Virus record (IMG/VR): IMGVR_UViG_3300025874_000005
Coordinates: 1-64,000 of that record
Source: a virus
DNA: 64,000 nucleotides
Direction: 5' to 3' (one strand)
Positions 28,310 through 39,501 of the stretch are shown here, one piece after another. Positions within the stretch are counted from its first letter, which is position 1; each line of letters opens with the position of its first letter. The position numbers and the translations under genes are program-made. Under the pieces are notes generated by a model that was not told where the DNA came from, searched no databases, and saw only the letters and a list, made by a program, of their open reading frames with translations.

Positions 28310-29238
28310 AGCATTTAGAAGATACTCCTTGGTGGATTTGTGATCCTGAAGATACAAATTATGTTGCATACTCTGATACCGATTCAATCTATATACATGC
28401 AGAACCATTACTTAGACATTTATACCCTAACTTTGAAGAAATGTCAAGTGAAGAAAAAGATGATGTTTTAGAAGAAGCAGCTTTAAAATACCAAGATATT
28501 ATTACTGACTCCTATAGTGATCTAGCATCAGATTGTTTTAATGCTAGAGGTAAACATAGACTTGAAATGAAAACTGAATGTGTGATCAGATCAGCTTATT
28601 TTAGAGCTACAAGAAGATATGCTCAGTGGATTACTAAACAAGAAGGAATTGTAAAAGAATCACTTGATGTAAAAGGTCTTGAATTTAAAAAAGCAAATTT
28701 CCCTCCAGTGTTGGGTAAATTTTTTCACAAGACCTTAGTTGATGTTTTGAAAGGAGAACAACAAGAAGAGATAGATAAAAGGTTAAAAAAATTCAAAACC
28801 CAAATATTAGATGGTACAATTCCTCTTACCGAATTAGGTAACCCAACATCCGTAAAAACATTAAATAAATATACTGAACGAAAAGCAAGGGCAGGAGAAA
28901 TGTTTACAGTAGTAGCTAAAGGAGCTCCAGCAGCTGTAAGGGCAGTTATAAGATATAATGATTTACTTAATTTTTGGGGGTTAAACAAAACCCACCGTCA
29001 AATTGCTCAAGGTGATAAAATTAAATGGATTTACTTAAAACCAAACCCATACCAAATTGACGCAATTGCCTTTTTAGAGTGGGATTTGCCAGAAAAAATT
29101 CGTATGTTTATTGAGCAAAATGCAGATAGGAAAAAGATTTTCGAATCAATACTGCTTAATAAACTAGAAGGATTTTATAATGATTTAGGGTGGACTTTAA
29201 ATTTAAACCCTTATAAAGAAATGTTTTTTAAATTTTAA
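28306..29238 (+). CDS. family B DNA polymerase, C-terminal subunit (motif C + thumb)
   Basis: YSDTDS, RRYA, VKGLE; ATGA overlap with the upstream half. Confidence 0.92.
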   Translation: MKHLEDTPWWICDPEDTNYVAYSDTDSIYIHAEPLLRHLYPNFEEMSSEEKDDVLEEAALKYQDIITDSYSDLASDCFNARGKHRLEMKTECVIRSAYFRATRRYAQWITKQEGIVKESLDVKGLEFKKANFPPVLGKFFHKTLVDVLKGEQQEEIDKRLKKFKTQILDGTIPLTELGNPTSVKTLNKYTERKARAGEMFTVVAKGAPAAVRAVIRYNDLLNFWGLNKTHRQIAQGDKIKWIYLKPNPYQIDAIAFLEWDLPEKIRMFIEQNADRKKIFESILLNKLEGFYNDLGWTLNLNPYKEMFFKF

Positions 29239-29240
29239 AT

Positions 29241-29975
29241 ATGATAAATAAATTAACTGTACAAAGTATAATAGATAAATATTATCTAGGAACAAATGAA
29301 TCCGTAAAATGGGTTATTGAAAATAACTCACTTAGTATTGATTTTATGACACCTACTAAAGATGTTATTGGTAAAGTAACTTGTAAAGATTTTGAATTAG
29401 AAGATAGTAACTTAGCAATTTACGATACTAAAAAACTAAACAGTTTAATTAGTATTTGTAATGGAGATTTACTTTTAGAACTAGAAAAAAGAAATGCAAT
29501 TTATACTAAGCTAAAAATATCAGATCTTAATTTTAATCTCAATTATGCATTATCCGACCCTTTACTAATTGGTAAAGTTGGTGAAGTAAATGAAGCTGAG
29601 TGGGTTGTTAAACTAGATTTAACTCAAGAAGACGTAGTTAATATTATTAAAGCAAAAAGTGCATTAGCACAAATTGATAATATGTTAGTAACAACCACAA
29701 CTAATTTAGATGGTGAAAATGTTGTTGAATTTGTATTTGGGGATGAATCAGGACATAATAATAAAATCACATATCAAGTATTAGGGGATGTAAAAGAAAC
29801 AGATTTAAAACTACCATTTAATTCAGACACATTTAAAACAATCCTACAAGCTAACAAAGATATGGATGGTGGACAATTACTATTAAGCAGTATGGGATTA
29901 ATGAGATTAAATTTTGATTTAGATAATATTTCTTCAAATTACTTTATGGTAAGGAAAGCAGAAACTGAATTTTAA
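29241..29975 (+). CDS. sliding clamp (gp45/PCNA-like)
   Basis: 244 aa, AIYD motif, directly after polB, clamp loader nearby. Confidence 0.7.
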   Translation: MINKLTVQSIIDKYYLGTNESVKWVIENNSLSIDFMTPTKDVIGKVTCKDFELEDSNLAIYDTKKLNSLISICNGDLLLELEKRNAIYTKLKISDLNFNLNYALSDPLLIGKVGEVNEAEWVVKLDLTQEDVVNIIKAKSALAQIDNMLVTTTTNLDGENVVEFVFGDESGHNNKITYQVLGDVKETDLKLPFNSDTFKTILQANKDMDGGQLLLSSMGLMRLNFDLDNISSNYFMVRKAETEF

Positions 29976-29976
29976 C

Positions 29977-29985
29977 ATATGTATA
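29977..29985 (+). promoter_or_regulatory. putative late promoter motif ATATGTATA
   Basis: Upstream of hsp20. Confidence 0.45.
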
Positions 29986-29988
29986 ATA

Positions 29989-30500
29989 AATTGACCTAAG
30001 GGCGCACGTTTTATTTTATTAATCGGTGATCGAAAGACACCACAAAACCAAATGATATGAGTACATTATTTTATGAACACACCCCATTCGATATTTTATA
30101 TCGAAATTTTTTCAAAGCAGATGAGCAATATGCCCCTGCATTAAATTCCAAACAACCACATCCTCTAGACATCTACTACGATCAAGAAGGCATTTACTTC
30201 GAGATTGCGTGTACTGGTCTTACTAAAGAAGATATTAACATTGAGATTGAATCTGATGTTTTACGTATTTCTTATGATAAACCAAAAGATGAGGAACCAA
30301 AAGATCTATCAGGGTATATTTACCATGGTTTATCTAGAAAGTCATTTAGTTTAGGATATAAAATTGCTCCTAAATTTGACTTAACAAAAATAAATGCTGA
30401 AATGGAAGATGGATTATTAAAAATTGATATCCCACTTTCAAAAGAAGCAAAACCAAAAGCAATTAAAATCAAGTAACCTAAATGCGCCTTTAGGTTGGTT
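29989..30500 (+). repeat. 18-nt inverted repeat flanking hsp20 (RNA wobble-compatible)
   Basis: AATTGACCTAAGGGCGCA 29989-30006 pairs with TGCGCCTTTAGGTTGGTT 30483-30500 (14 Watson-Crick + 4 G-U). Confidence 0.7.
30057..30476 (+). CDS. small heat shock protein (Hsp20)
   Basis: P.DIY, YIYHGLS.KSF, AEMEDGLLKI, IKIK tail. Confidence 0.92.
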   Translation: MSTLFYEHTPFDILYRNFFKADEQYAPALNSKQPHPLDIYYDQEGIYFEIACTGLTKEDINIEIESDVLRISYDKPKDEEPKDLSGYIYHGLSRKSFSLGYKIAPKFDLTKINAEMEDGLLKIDIPLSKEAKPKAIKIK

Positions 30501-30525
30501 TATATTGATTCTCTTCGTATATTCA
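30494..30525 (+). promoter_or_regulatory. sigma70-type promoter for the groES/groEL operon
   Basis: TTGG 30495-98, N19, TATATT 30518-23. Confidence 0.7.
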
Positions 30526-30548
30526 CGTTATAAATAAAAAATAGTTAT

Positions 30549-30844
30549 ATGTCAAAAATTACAGATCCAAGGATGAAGCCCTATTACATAGGCAAAGATT
30601 CACACTGTTACACAGTATATGAAGTAGTAACTCCACAAGAAAAATATTTAGAAAAAGGTAGTGAAGGTAAAGATTATGAAAAACCTGTAGCCCACTATTC
30701 TAGCTTTGGTAATGCTTTGAAAAAAGTTATGAAAGAAAAACTTCATAATGAAACAGAAGAGTATACAAGTATCAAGGATTATATTGAACGATGGGAACAG
30801 TTACAAAATGAAATTACAGAAATTTTAACACAAAAACAATTATA

Positions 30845-30845
<1 letters not shown>
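30549..30845 (+). CDS. hypothetical protein
   Basis: ORF coupled to groES. Confidence 0.7.
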
Positions 30846-32780
<1,935 letters not shown>

Positions 32781-32783
32781 ACT

Positions 32784-33056
32784 ATGGAAAAGAAAGTTGT
32801 TGAACACAATGAGTTGATTGCTACTAGAGTACCTCCTGGAGACAGGTGGTCTCTAGTTGGTGATCCAACTAAAGAAGTTTTTAATACTTTAACAGATGCC
32901 TTAGAAGCATTTTTCCATCAAACAAATTTTAATGGAGCTTTTAGATTAGATCCTATGAATAGTAAATTATATGCTATCCAATCATCAGAAATTGAGGTTA
33001 AAAAAGAAGCACCAAAAGTCTATGGAATGTATGGAGAATTTAGACAGGGAGTTTAA
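32784..33056 (+). CDS. hypothetical protein
   Basis: Tightly packed ORF. Confidence 0.7.
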   Translation: MEKKVVEHNELIATRVPPGDRWSLVGDPTKEVFNTLTDALEAFFHQTNFNGAFRLDPMNSKLYAIQSSEIEVKKEAPKVYGMYGEFRQGV

Positions 33057-33057
33057 A

Positions 33058-33089
33058 TTTGGTTTTTTAAATAAAAGTTATTATATTCA
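33058..33089 (+). promoter_or_regulatory. sigma70-type promoter
   Basis: TTGG 33059-62, N19, TATATT 33082-87. Confidence 0.6.
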
Positions 33090-33092
33090 CGT

Positions 33093-34001
33093 ATGAATAA
33101 GAATCATAGTTTATTAGTAGAAAAGTATCGCCCCATTAATTTAGAAAATTATGTTGGGAATGAACATATTAAAAAAAGTATTAAACAATATCTAGGACAA
33201 AATGATATTCAAAATCTAATTTTTTATGGGCCTGCAGGAACAGGAAAAACAACTCTTGCTAAACTTATTGTTAAAAACCTTGATTGTGAGCATCTTTATA
33301 TTAATGCCTCAGATGAACGTGGTATTGAAACGATTAGAGATAAAGTGTCAGGGTTTGCGTCATCAGCTAGTTTTAAACCACTTAAAGTGGTCATTTTGGA
33401 TGAAGCTGATTTTCTTACTATACAAGCGCAAGCTTCTCTCCGTAATGTTATTGAAACGTTTTCGCGTACTACTAGGTTTATCTTAACTTGTAATTATGTA
33501 GAACGTATTATTGATCCGTTACAATCAAGGTGTCAAACCCTAAAAATTGTACCACCTAGTAAAGTAGATGTTGTTAGACATTTACAAAAAATTACTGAAA
33601 AAGAAAATATTAAATATCAGACTGTAAATGATTTAGCAATAATAGTTAATCAATTCTACCCAGATTTACGTAAATGTCTTAATACAATTCAGTTATCAAC
33701 TCAAGATAATGAATTAAAGATTGATAAATCTATATTAGTATCATCTAACTATATGTCTGAAGTAGTTAGTGAACTATCAGGTAAAAAATCATGGAAAGGT
33801 ATTAGACAAATTATAGCAGATGCTAATGTTCAAGATTTTGAAGAACTATATCGTTATCTTTATGATAATGCTGATAAATTTGCTCCTGGTAAAGAAGGAA
33901 TGGTAGCTTATTATGTTAATGAATATTCATACCAATCTAACTTTAGAATTGATAAAGAAATTAATTGTATGGCCTTAATAAACCAACTGATTACTTTATA
34001 A
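33093..34001 (+). CDS. clamp loader ATPase subunit (RFC/gp44-like)
   Basis: VEKYRP, GPAGTGKT, NASD, LDEAD, SRC. Confidence 0.93.
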   Translation: MNKNHSLLVEKYRPINLENYVGNEHIKKSIKQYLGQNDIQNLIFYGPAGTGKTTLAKLIVKNLDCEHLYINASDERGIETIRDKVSGFASSASFKPLKVVILDEADFLTIQAQASLRNVIETFSRTTRFILTCNYVERIIDPLQSRCQTLKIVPPSKVDVVRHLQKITEKENIKYQTVNDLAIIVNQFYPDLRKCLNTIQLSTQDNELKIDKSILVSSNYMSEVVSELSGKKSWKGIRQIIADANVQDFEELYRYLYDNADKFAPGKEGMVAYYVNEYSYQSNFRIDKEINCMALINQLITL

Positions 34002-34630
34002 TGTACCCCAACAAAGAATACCATAACGAAAAACTTACATACACAAAACAAGGAGATTTACTAGATAGTAAAGGTTTACCTGTTATGATGGAGTGGGAAA
34101 GAGATATTATGGAACATGATGCTAGTATTATTTGTAAAAATGGTGGTGATATTCTTAATGTAGGTTTTGGATTAGGTATAATTGATAATTATATTCAATC
34201 TTATAACCCAAATTCACATTGGATTATAGAATCTCATCCTGACGTTTATAATAAAATAGTAAAAGATGGATGGTTAGATAAACCTAATGTAAATGTTATT
34301 TTTAAAACATGGCAGGAAGTATTAGAAGATTTACCAAAATTTGATGGTATTTATTTTGATACTTGGAATGAAGACCAATTCTTATTTGATGCGTATGCTA
34401 ATAGAATTTTAAAAGAGGGAGGTATTTATTCATTTTTTAATAACCCAAGAACATCAGATAAAAAGTTAAACCCTTTAACCCAACAAATATTAAATGAAAA
34501 CTTTGACATAATAACAAACCCTGTAGAAATTAAAGGACCTATAAAAAATGCTGAATCATATTTTGATAAGGACATTAAAACTTATTGGAGTCCTGAGTGT
34601 AGATTAAAAAAGAATGAAAAGATTTATTGA
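34001..34630 (+). CDS. Rmt2/GAMT-like class I SAM methyltransferase
   Basis: VMMEWE, ILNVGFGLGIID, IIESHP, FDGIYFDT. Confidence 0.8.
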   Translation: MYPNKEYHNEKLTYTKQGDLLDSKGLPVMMEWERDIMEHDASIICKNGGDILNVGFGLGIIDNYIQSYNPNSHWIIESHPDVYNKIVKDGWLDKPNVNVIFKTWQEVLEDLPKFDGIYFDTWNEDQFLFDAYANRILKEGGIYSFFNNPRTSDKKLNPLTQQILNENFDIITNPVEIKGPIKNAESYFDKDIKTYWSPECRLKKNEKIY

Positions 34631-34814
34631 ATTTGCTCTTATTTGGTATAGTCAACAGATGGCTATTCCATTTTGGATGATTGGACACGTTCATTTATCT
34701 TTGAATACATATCAAGACTTACATGAAATAATCGCTAGTGTAGGTTTAAATATTTTAGTAGCGATTGGATTTATAATAGATTTTAAACAAAATAGTAATA
34801 ATAAAAAAAAGTAA
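34614..34814 (+). CDS. small membrane protein
   Basis: Hydrophobic segments. Confidence 0.6.
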   Translation: MKRFIEFALIWYSQQMAIPFWMIGHVHLSLNTYQDLHEIIASVGLNILVAIGFIIDFKQNSNNKKK

Positions 34815-34815
34815 A

Positions 34816-35061
34816 ATGGCAGAACAACAACAACAAATGAATGTAGATGTTAAAAACACTACAATTATCCAAACCCCAGAAGGTGGGGTAGTTTTTCAAC
34901 AAGGAGTATTACTTCGTAAAGTATCCAAATTTGTAGTAGGTGCTGATGAAGATGCATTAATGCCAATTCCAGTATTTTTTGATCCTTCAACCGGTAAAAT
35001 ACTTGAATCAACAGTACCAGCTGAACTTAGAGAAGAGTATAAAGATTATACACTTGCCTAA
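34816..35061 (+). CDS. hypothetical protein
   Basis: Tightly packed ORF. Confidence 0.7.
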   Translation: MAEQQQQMNVDVKNTTIIQTPEGGVVFQQGVLLRKVSKFVVGADEDALMPIPVFFDPSTGKILESTVPAELREEYKDYTLA

Positions 35062-35474
35062 TGAAGCTTTGGGATTGGTTAGATGAAATAACCGTTAAGA
35101 AAACACCAGCATCTCAATTCTCATCTGAGGATTGGGATAGCTGGAATTCTTACATGGTTCATAGATTTATGTCTATGGGGAAGAATAATATAGAAATATC
35201 TAACATGGCACAAAGATTCTTACCTACAGATAAAATAGGAATTTATAATTTTTATTGTAATATGATTCCTAGAAAAAAAGTATGGAATAAGTATATTAAA
35301 TCTGGAGTTAAGGGTAAAAATAAAGAATTAGTTGAAGTAATAGCTAATTATTTTGAAGTTGGATCCCACGAAGCAGATGATTATATTGATGTTATAGGTA
35401 AGGATGAAGTTAAAAATATCCTTAAATCTATAGGAATAGAAAAAAAGGAAATAACTAAATTATTTAAAACATGA
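35061..35474 (+). CDS. clamp loader small subunit (gp62-like)
   Basis: YMVHRFMS, RKK.WNKY pattern; size and context. Confidence 0.7.
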   Translation: MKLWDWLDEITVKKTPASQFSSEDWDSWNSYMVHRFMSMGKNNIEISNMAQRFLPTDKIGIYNFYCNMIPRKKVWNKYIKSGVKGKNKELVEVIANYFEVGSHEADDYIDVIGKDEVKNILKSIGIEKKEITKLFKT

Positions 35475-35692
35475 CAACAGAACTATTTAATATGCTTAAA
35501 ACATCAGCTGAAGCTGATAGAGCTAAAGCATTATTATCACTAGATTTATTAGGAAACAAAGCAACAGGTATTGGAGACCATTCAACAGAAGATTTTTATA
35601 AAAATGCTGAAGAAGCACTTATAAAATTAGTAGATGCTGATGATCGACTTAATACTTTAAAAATTTACTTTAACAACAAAACAGTAATATAA
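35471..35692 (+). CDS. hypothetical protein
   Basis: GIGDH helical ORF, coupled on both sides. Confidence 0.7.
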   Translation: MTTELFNMLKTSAEADRAKALLSLDLLGNKATGIGDHSTEDFYKNAEEALIKLVDADDRLNTLKIYFNNKTVI

Positions 35693-36099
35693 TGGGAAGT
35701 ACAGTAGAAAAATATTATGACCAAAAGTCTGCAGAAAAATCTACAATTACTACGGAAACAACAAATACTATAGAGATATTTCAAAGTGAGTATCCTGAAC
35801 TATCTGATGAGTTTATTAGAATTCAAGCAGAAATGTATGAAATGTTTGCTCGTAAACATATGGATTATGGTTTAAACAATATTGCCTTAGGTGGTGACAT
35901 ATTAAATAATAATGATGATAAAAAGTTTTCATTAACAGGTTTAGCTATTAGACTTACAGATAAAATATCACGTTTGAAAAATCTTTTAGTTAATGGAAGA
36001 AATTTTGTAAAAGGTGAAGGAATGGAAGATACATTCATTGATATAGCAAATTACGGTATAATTGGTCTATTAGTAGGCCGCGATAAGTGGAAAAAATAA
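35692..36099 (+). CDS. nucleotide-modification-associated domain protein (DUF1599/Nmad1-like)
   Basis: KHMDYG, RLTDKISRL, EDTFIDIANY. Confidence 0.75.
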   Translation: MGSTVEKYYDQKSAEKSTITTETTNTIEIFQSEYPELSDEFIRIQAEMYEMFARKHMDYGLNNIALGGDILNNNDDKKFSLTGLAIRLTDKISRLKNLLVNGRNFVKGEGMEDTFIDIANYGIIGLLVGRDKWKK

Positions 36100-36100
36100 C

Positions 36101-36817
36101 ATGGCTAGAAATACAAGATTAGTTAGTATAAAAGGGTGTCCTATGGTAATATTTGAAGCACCTGAATGCATTTCAGATGAAATTGTTAAGTACAACAATT
36201 TTTGGGAATATGAAGTATTTGATAAATGGAAACAACACTTTCCAAAAGAAGGATTAATGTTAGATATAGGAGCTAATATTGGAGGACATTGTATACAATT
36301 TCACCACCATTTCCCTAATTTAAAAATATGGGGTTTTGAACCGTATCCTCCTAATTATGAATTATTAAGAGTAAATGTTGAAAATCTTCAAAATGTTCAT
36401 AGTTTTTCTTTAGGAGTTGGAAGTGGAAATTCTATGGTTCACTTTGGAAATGAATATTCTAAAAATTGTGGATCTGTAATGGTAGTAAATCCGGATGAAA
36501 ATTGCTTTACTAAACCTTACTCTAATTTTGTTATAGCTTTAGATACCATTAAATTCCCAGAGCCTGTCAAATTTATTAAAATTGATATTGAAGGTCATGA
36601 ATATTCAGCTTTTGAAGGTGCTAAAGAATTATTATTAAGAGATAAACCTTTAGTATGGTTAGAAGATCATGGTCAACCTTTAGGTGAAGGAGATTCAATT
36701 AAATATCTAGAAGGATTAGGATATAAAATGTTAGATAGTTATTTAGAAAGAGACGATAAATCGTCAACATCCTCAGACTTTTTAATGTACCATCCAGACA
36801 ATGTTTGGTATAAATAA
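36101..36817 (+). CDS. FkbM-family methyltransferase
   Basis: LDIGANIG, FEP, IKIDIEGHE. Confidence 0.9.
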   Translation: MARNTRLVSIKGCPMVIFEAPECISDEIVKYNNFWEYEVFDKWKQHFPKEGLMLDIGANIGGHCIQFHHHFPNLKIWGFEPYPPNYELLRVNVENLQNVHSFSLGVGSGNSMVHFGNEYSKNCGSVMVVNPDENCFTKPYSNFVIALDTIKFPEPVKFIKIDIEGHEYSAFEGAKELLLRDKPLVWLEDHGQPLGEGDSIKYLEGLGYKMLDSYLERDDKSSTSSDFLMYHPDNVWYK

Positions 36818-36849
36818 TTAGGATACTCAATAATATTTTCGTATATTTA
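36818..36849 (+). promoter_or_regulatory. sigma70-type promoter
   Basis: TAGG 36819-22, N19, TATATT 36842-47. Confidence 0.65.
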
Positions 36850-36869
36850 CGTCAATAAAATACATAGTT

Positions 36870-37826
36870 TTGGCTAAAAAAAAATTACCTGTAATAGTTA
36901 GAGATATAAGAGAAAATCCCCCAACACCCGTTAATTTTGGTGTTGAAAAAAATATCTCATATTCTCAATTATCAATGTTTACTCAATGTCCTAAAAAATG
37001 GTCTCTACAATATAGAGATGGTCATAAAATAAGTGAACAAAGTATTCATATGACTTTTGGTACAGCCCTACATGAGGTTTTACAACATTATTTAGATGTA
37101 ATGTATGCCAAAAGTGGTGCAGAAGCAGATAGGATTGATATTAATGAATTATTTGAAGATACCTTAAGAGAATGTTATGCTAAAGACTATAAAAAAAACA
37201 AAAATCAACATTTTAGCACACCTGAGGAGTTAAGAGAATTCTATGAAGATGGGAAAGCTATATTAGATAATTTTAAAAAGAAAAAAGGTGGTTATTTTTC
37301 TAAAAAAGGGTGGTATTTAGTAGGTTGTGAAATACCAATAGTTATGGCGCCTAATTTACGTCTTAACCGCGTTAAATACATGGGTTATTTAGATATCGTA
37401 ATGTATCATGAACCAACGAATACATTTAAAATAATCGACATAAAAACGAGTACAAAAGGTTGGAATAAGTACACTAAAAAGGATGAATCCAAACAATTCC
37501 AATTAATACTTTATAAGTACTTTTTTAGTAAACAATATAATATTCCAATTGAAAATATAGAAATTGAATTTTTTATTGTTAGAAGGAAAGTTTATTTAGA
37601 TGGTGAATATCCTCAAAAACGTATACAAACATTTGTACCTGCTTCTGGTAGAAATAAAGTAAACAAAGCTACTAAAAATTTAGATGATTTTATAAATAGA
37701 GCATTTAATTTGGATGGCTCATATAAAGATACTACATTTATGGCAAAACCAAGCAAATGGAATTGTACATTTTGTCCTTATAAAGAAAATAAAGAACTAT
37801 GTAGCGCAGTTGGTAAATCTTTATAA
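36870..37826 (+). CDS. PD-(D/E)XK exonuclease (Cas4/AddB-like)
   Basis: SYSQL...CP, GTALH, GYLD, IIDIKT, QL.LY, C.FCPY...C. Confidence 0.85.
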   Translation: MAKKKLPVIVRDIRENPPTPVNFGVEKNISYSQLSMFTQCPKKWSLQYRDGHKISEQSIHMTFGTALHEVLQHYLDVMYAKSGAEADRIDINELFEDTLRECYAKDYKKNKNQHFSTPEELREFYEDGKAILDNFKKKKGGYFSKKGWYLVGCEIPIVMAPNLRLNRVKYMGYLDIVMYHEPTNTFKIIDIKTSTKGWNKYTKKDESKQFQLILYKYFFSKQYNIPIENIEIEFFIVRRKVYLDGEYPQKRIQTFVPASGRNKVNKATKNLDDFINRAFNLDGSYKDTTFMAKPSKWNCTFCPYKENKELCSAVGKSL

Positions 37827-37833
37827 TCTGCAT

Positions 37834-37842
37834 ATATGTATA
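37834..37842 (+). promoter_or_regulatory. putative late promoter motif ATATGTATA
   Basis: Heads the glycosylation island. Confidence 0.45.
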
Positions 37843-37868
37843 GACAAATATATTAAAAAATAATAATT

Positions 37869-38063
37869 ATGTCACAAACAAAAGAAATGACACTTACGAG
37901 TGTAAAAGTAAAAAGCAATTTATTCGAAAATTTTAAAATAGAATGTGTAAAACGGAAATTTAGTTTCCAAAAACTTGCTGATCGAGCTATATTCTTATAT
38001 CTTACAGATGAAGATTTTAGGAAAAAAATTAATAATCAAACTAACTTAGAAATTAAAGACTAA
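37869..38063 (+). CDS. small ribbon-helix-helix-like protein
   Basis: TSVKV strand followed by two helices. Confidence 0.5.
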   Translation: MSQTKEMTLTSVKVKSNLFENFKIECVKRKFSFQKLADRAIFLYLTDEDFRKKINNQTNLEIKD

Positions 38064-38070
38064 AACAAAA

Positions 38071-39501
38071 ATGAAAGAAGGTTATATTAAACAAGATAAT
38101 AGAAAGAAAATTCTATTGTTAACTGATGATATTAGAGTACATTCAGGTGTTGCGCAGATTGGTAGAGAAATTATTTCAAAAACTTCTCATCGTTATAATT
38201 GGTGTCAATTAGCAGGATCAGTCCAACATCCAGAAAAGGGAAAAGTACAAGATATATCAGCAGATATTAACAAACAAGAAGGGATTGAAGATACTTATTG
38301 TAAGTTATATCCCGTAGATGGTTATGGAACTAGTGATATTTTAAGGGAAGTTATTAAAATAGAAAAACCAGATGCAATTCTTTTAATTACAGATCCAAGA
38401 TATTTTAATTGGGTTTTTCAAATGGAAGATGAAATTAGAACTAAAATTCCAATTGCTTATCTTAACATTTGGGATGATATGCCTGCCCCCCAATATAATG
38501 AGGAATTTTATGAATCTTGTGATGCTTTATTTGGTATTTCAAAACAAACTACAGCAATTAATAAAATTGTTTTAGGAGATAAAGCTAAAGATAAAATTAT
38601 TGAATACATCCCTCATGGTTTAGATAATAAAAAATTCTTCCCAATGGTAGAAAAAGATGAGGAGTTTACAAAGTTTAAAAATCTACTAACTAAGGGTGTA
38701 GAAAAAGACTTTATTTTACTTTTTAATTCAAGAAACATTAGAAGAAAATCTATCCCAGACGCTATTGCAGCTTGGAAATTATTTGTAGATACATTAACTA
38801 AAAAAGAAAAAGAAAAAGTACAATTTATTTTACATACAGACCCTGTAAGTGATGCTGGAACAGATCTACCAGCAGTAATAGATTATATAATGGGTGAAGA
38901 TGATGAAACTGTAGTAATTTCAAACCAAAAACTCCCACATACTCATATGAATTATCTTTATAATATGGCTGATGGGGTTATATTATTATCTTCAGCTGAG
39001 GGTTGGGGATTAGCATTAACTGAATCTTTACTTACAGGAACACCTATTATTGCTAATGTAACTGGAGGTATGCAAGACCAAATGAGATTTGTTGATGAAA
39101 ATGGAAATTGGTATACTAATTCAAAAGAAATACCATCAAATCAATTTGGTACATATAAAGAGCATGGAATATGGGCACTACCAGTTTTTCCAAAAGCAGT
39201 AGGTATGGTAGGTTCACCTATGACACCTTATATTTGGGATAGTAGATGTGATTTTAGAGATGCTAAAGATAGAATTATTGAATTATACAAAATGCCTAAA
39301 GAACAAAGATTTACGCAAGGTAATGCTGGTAGAGAATGGGCTTTAAGTGATGAAGCTGGGTTTACAGCTGAACATATGGGTAATAGATTTATTGATGGAA
39401 TGGAAAAATTATTTTCAACTTGGATGCCTAGAGAAAATTTCACATTTTGGAAAGATACAGATTACAAATCAAGAAAACTTAATCATAAATTAGAATATTA
39501 A
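38071..39501 (+). CDS. glycosyltransferase (GT-B/GT4-like)
   Basis: HSGVA, IPHG, RNIRRK, EGWGLALTES. Confidence 0.88.
   Translation: MKEGYIKQDNRKKILLLTDDIRVHSGVAQIGREIISKTSHRYNWCQLAGSVQHPEKGKVQDISADINKQEGIEDTYCKLYPVDGYGTSDILREVIKIEKPDAILLITDPRYFNWVFQMEDEIRTKIPIAYLNIWDDMPAPQYNEEFYESCDALFGISKQTTAINKIVLGDKAKDKIIEYIPHGLDNKKFFPMVEKDEEFTKFKNLLTKGVEKDFILLFNSRNIRRKSIPDAIAAWKLFVDTLTKKEKEKVQFILHTDPVSDAGTDLPAVIDYIMGEDDETVVISNQKLPHTHMNYLYNMADGVILLSSAEGWGLALTESLLTGTPIIANVTGGMQDQMRFVDENGNWYTNSKEIPSNQFGTYKEHGIWALPVFPKAVGMVGSPMTPYIWDSRCDFRDAKDRIIELYKMPKEQRFTQGNAGREWALSDEAGFTAEHMGNRFIDGMEKLFSTWMPRENFTFWKDTDYKSRKLNHKLEY

Noticed and set aside
28280-28330. Intein, intron or programmed frameshift at the polB split
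   Set aside because: No intervening sequence, intein termini or clear slippery site; the ATGA overlap fits translational coupling
36870-37826. Cas4-like nuclease as a CRISPR component
   Set aside because: Solo PD-(D/E)XK exonucleases are common in phage replication modules; no array or other cas genes
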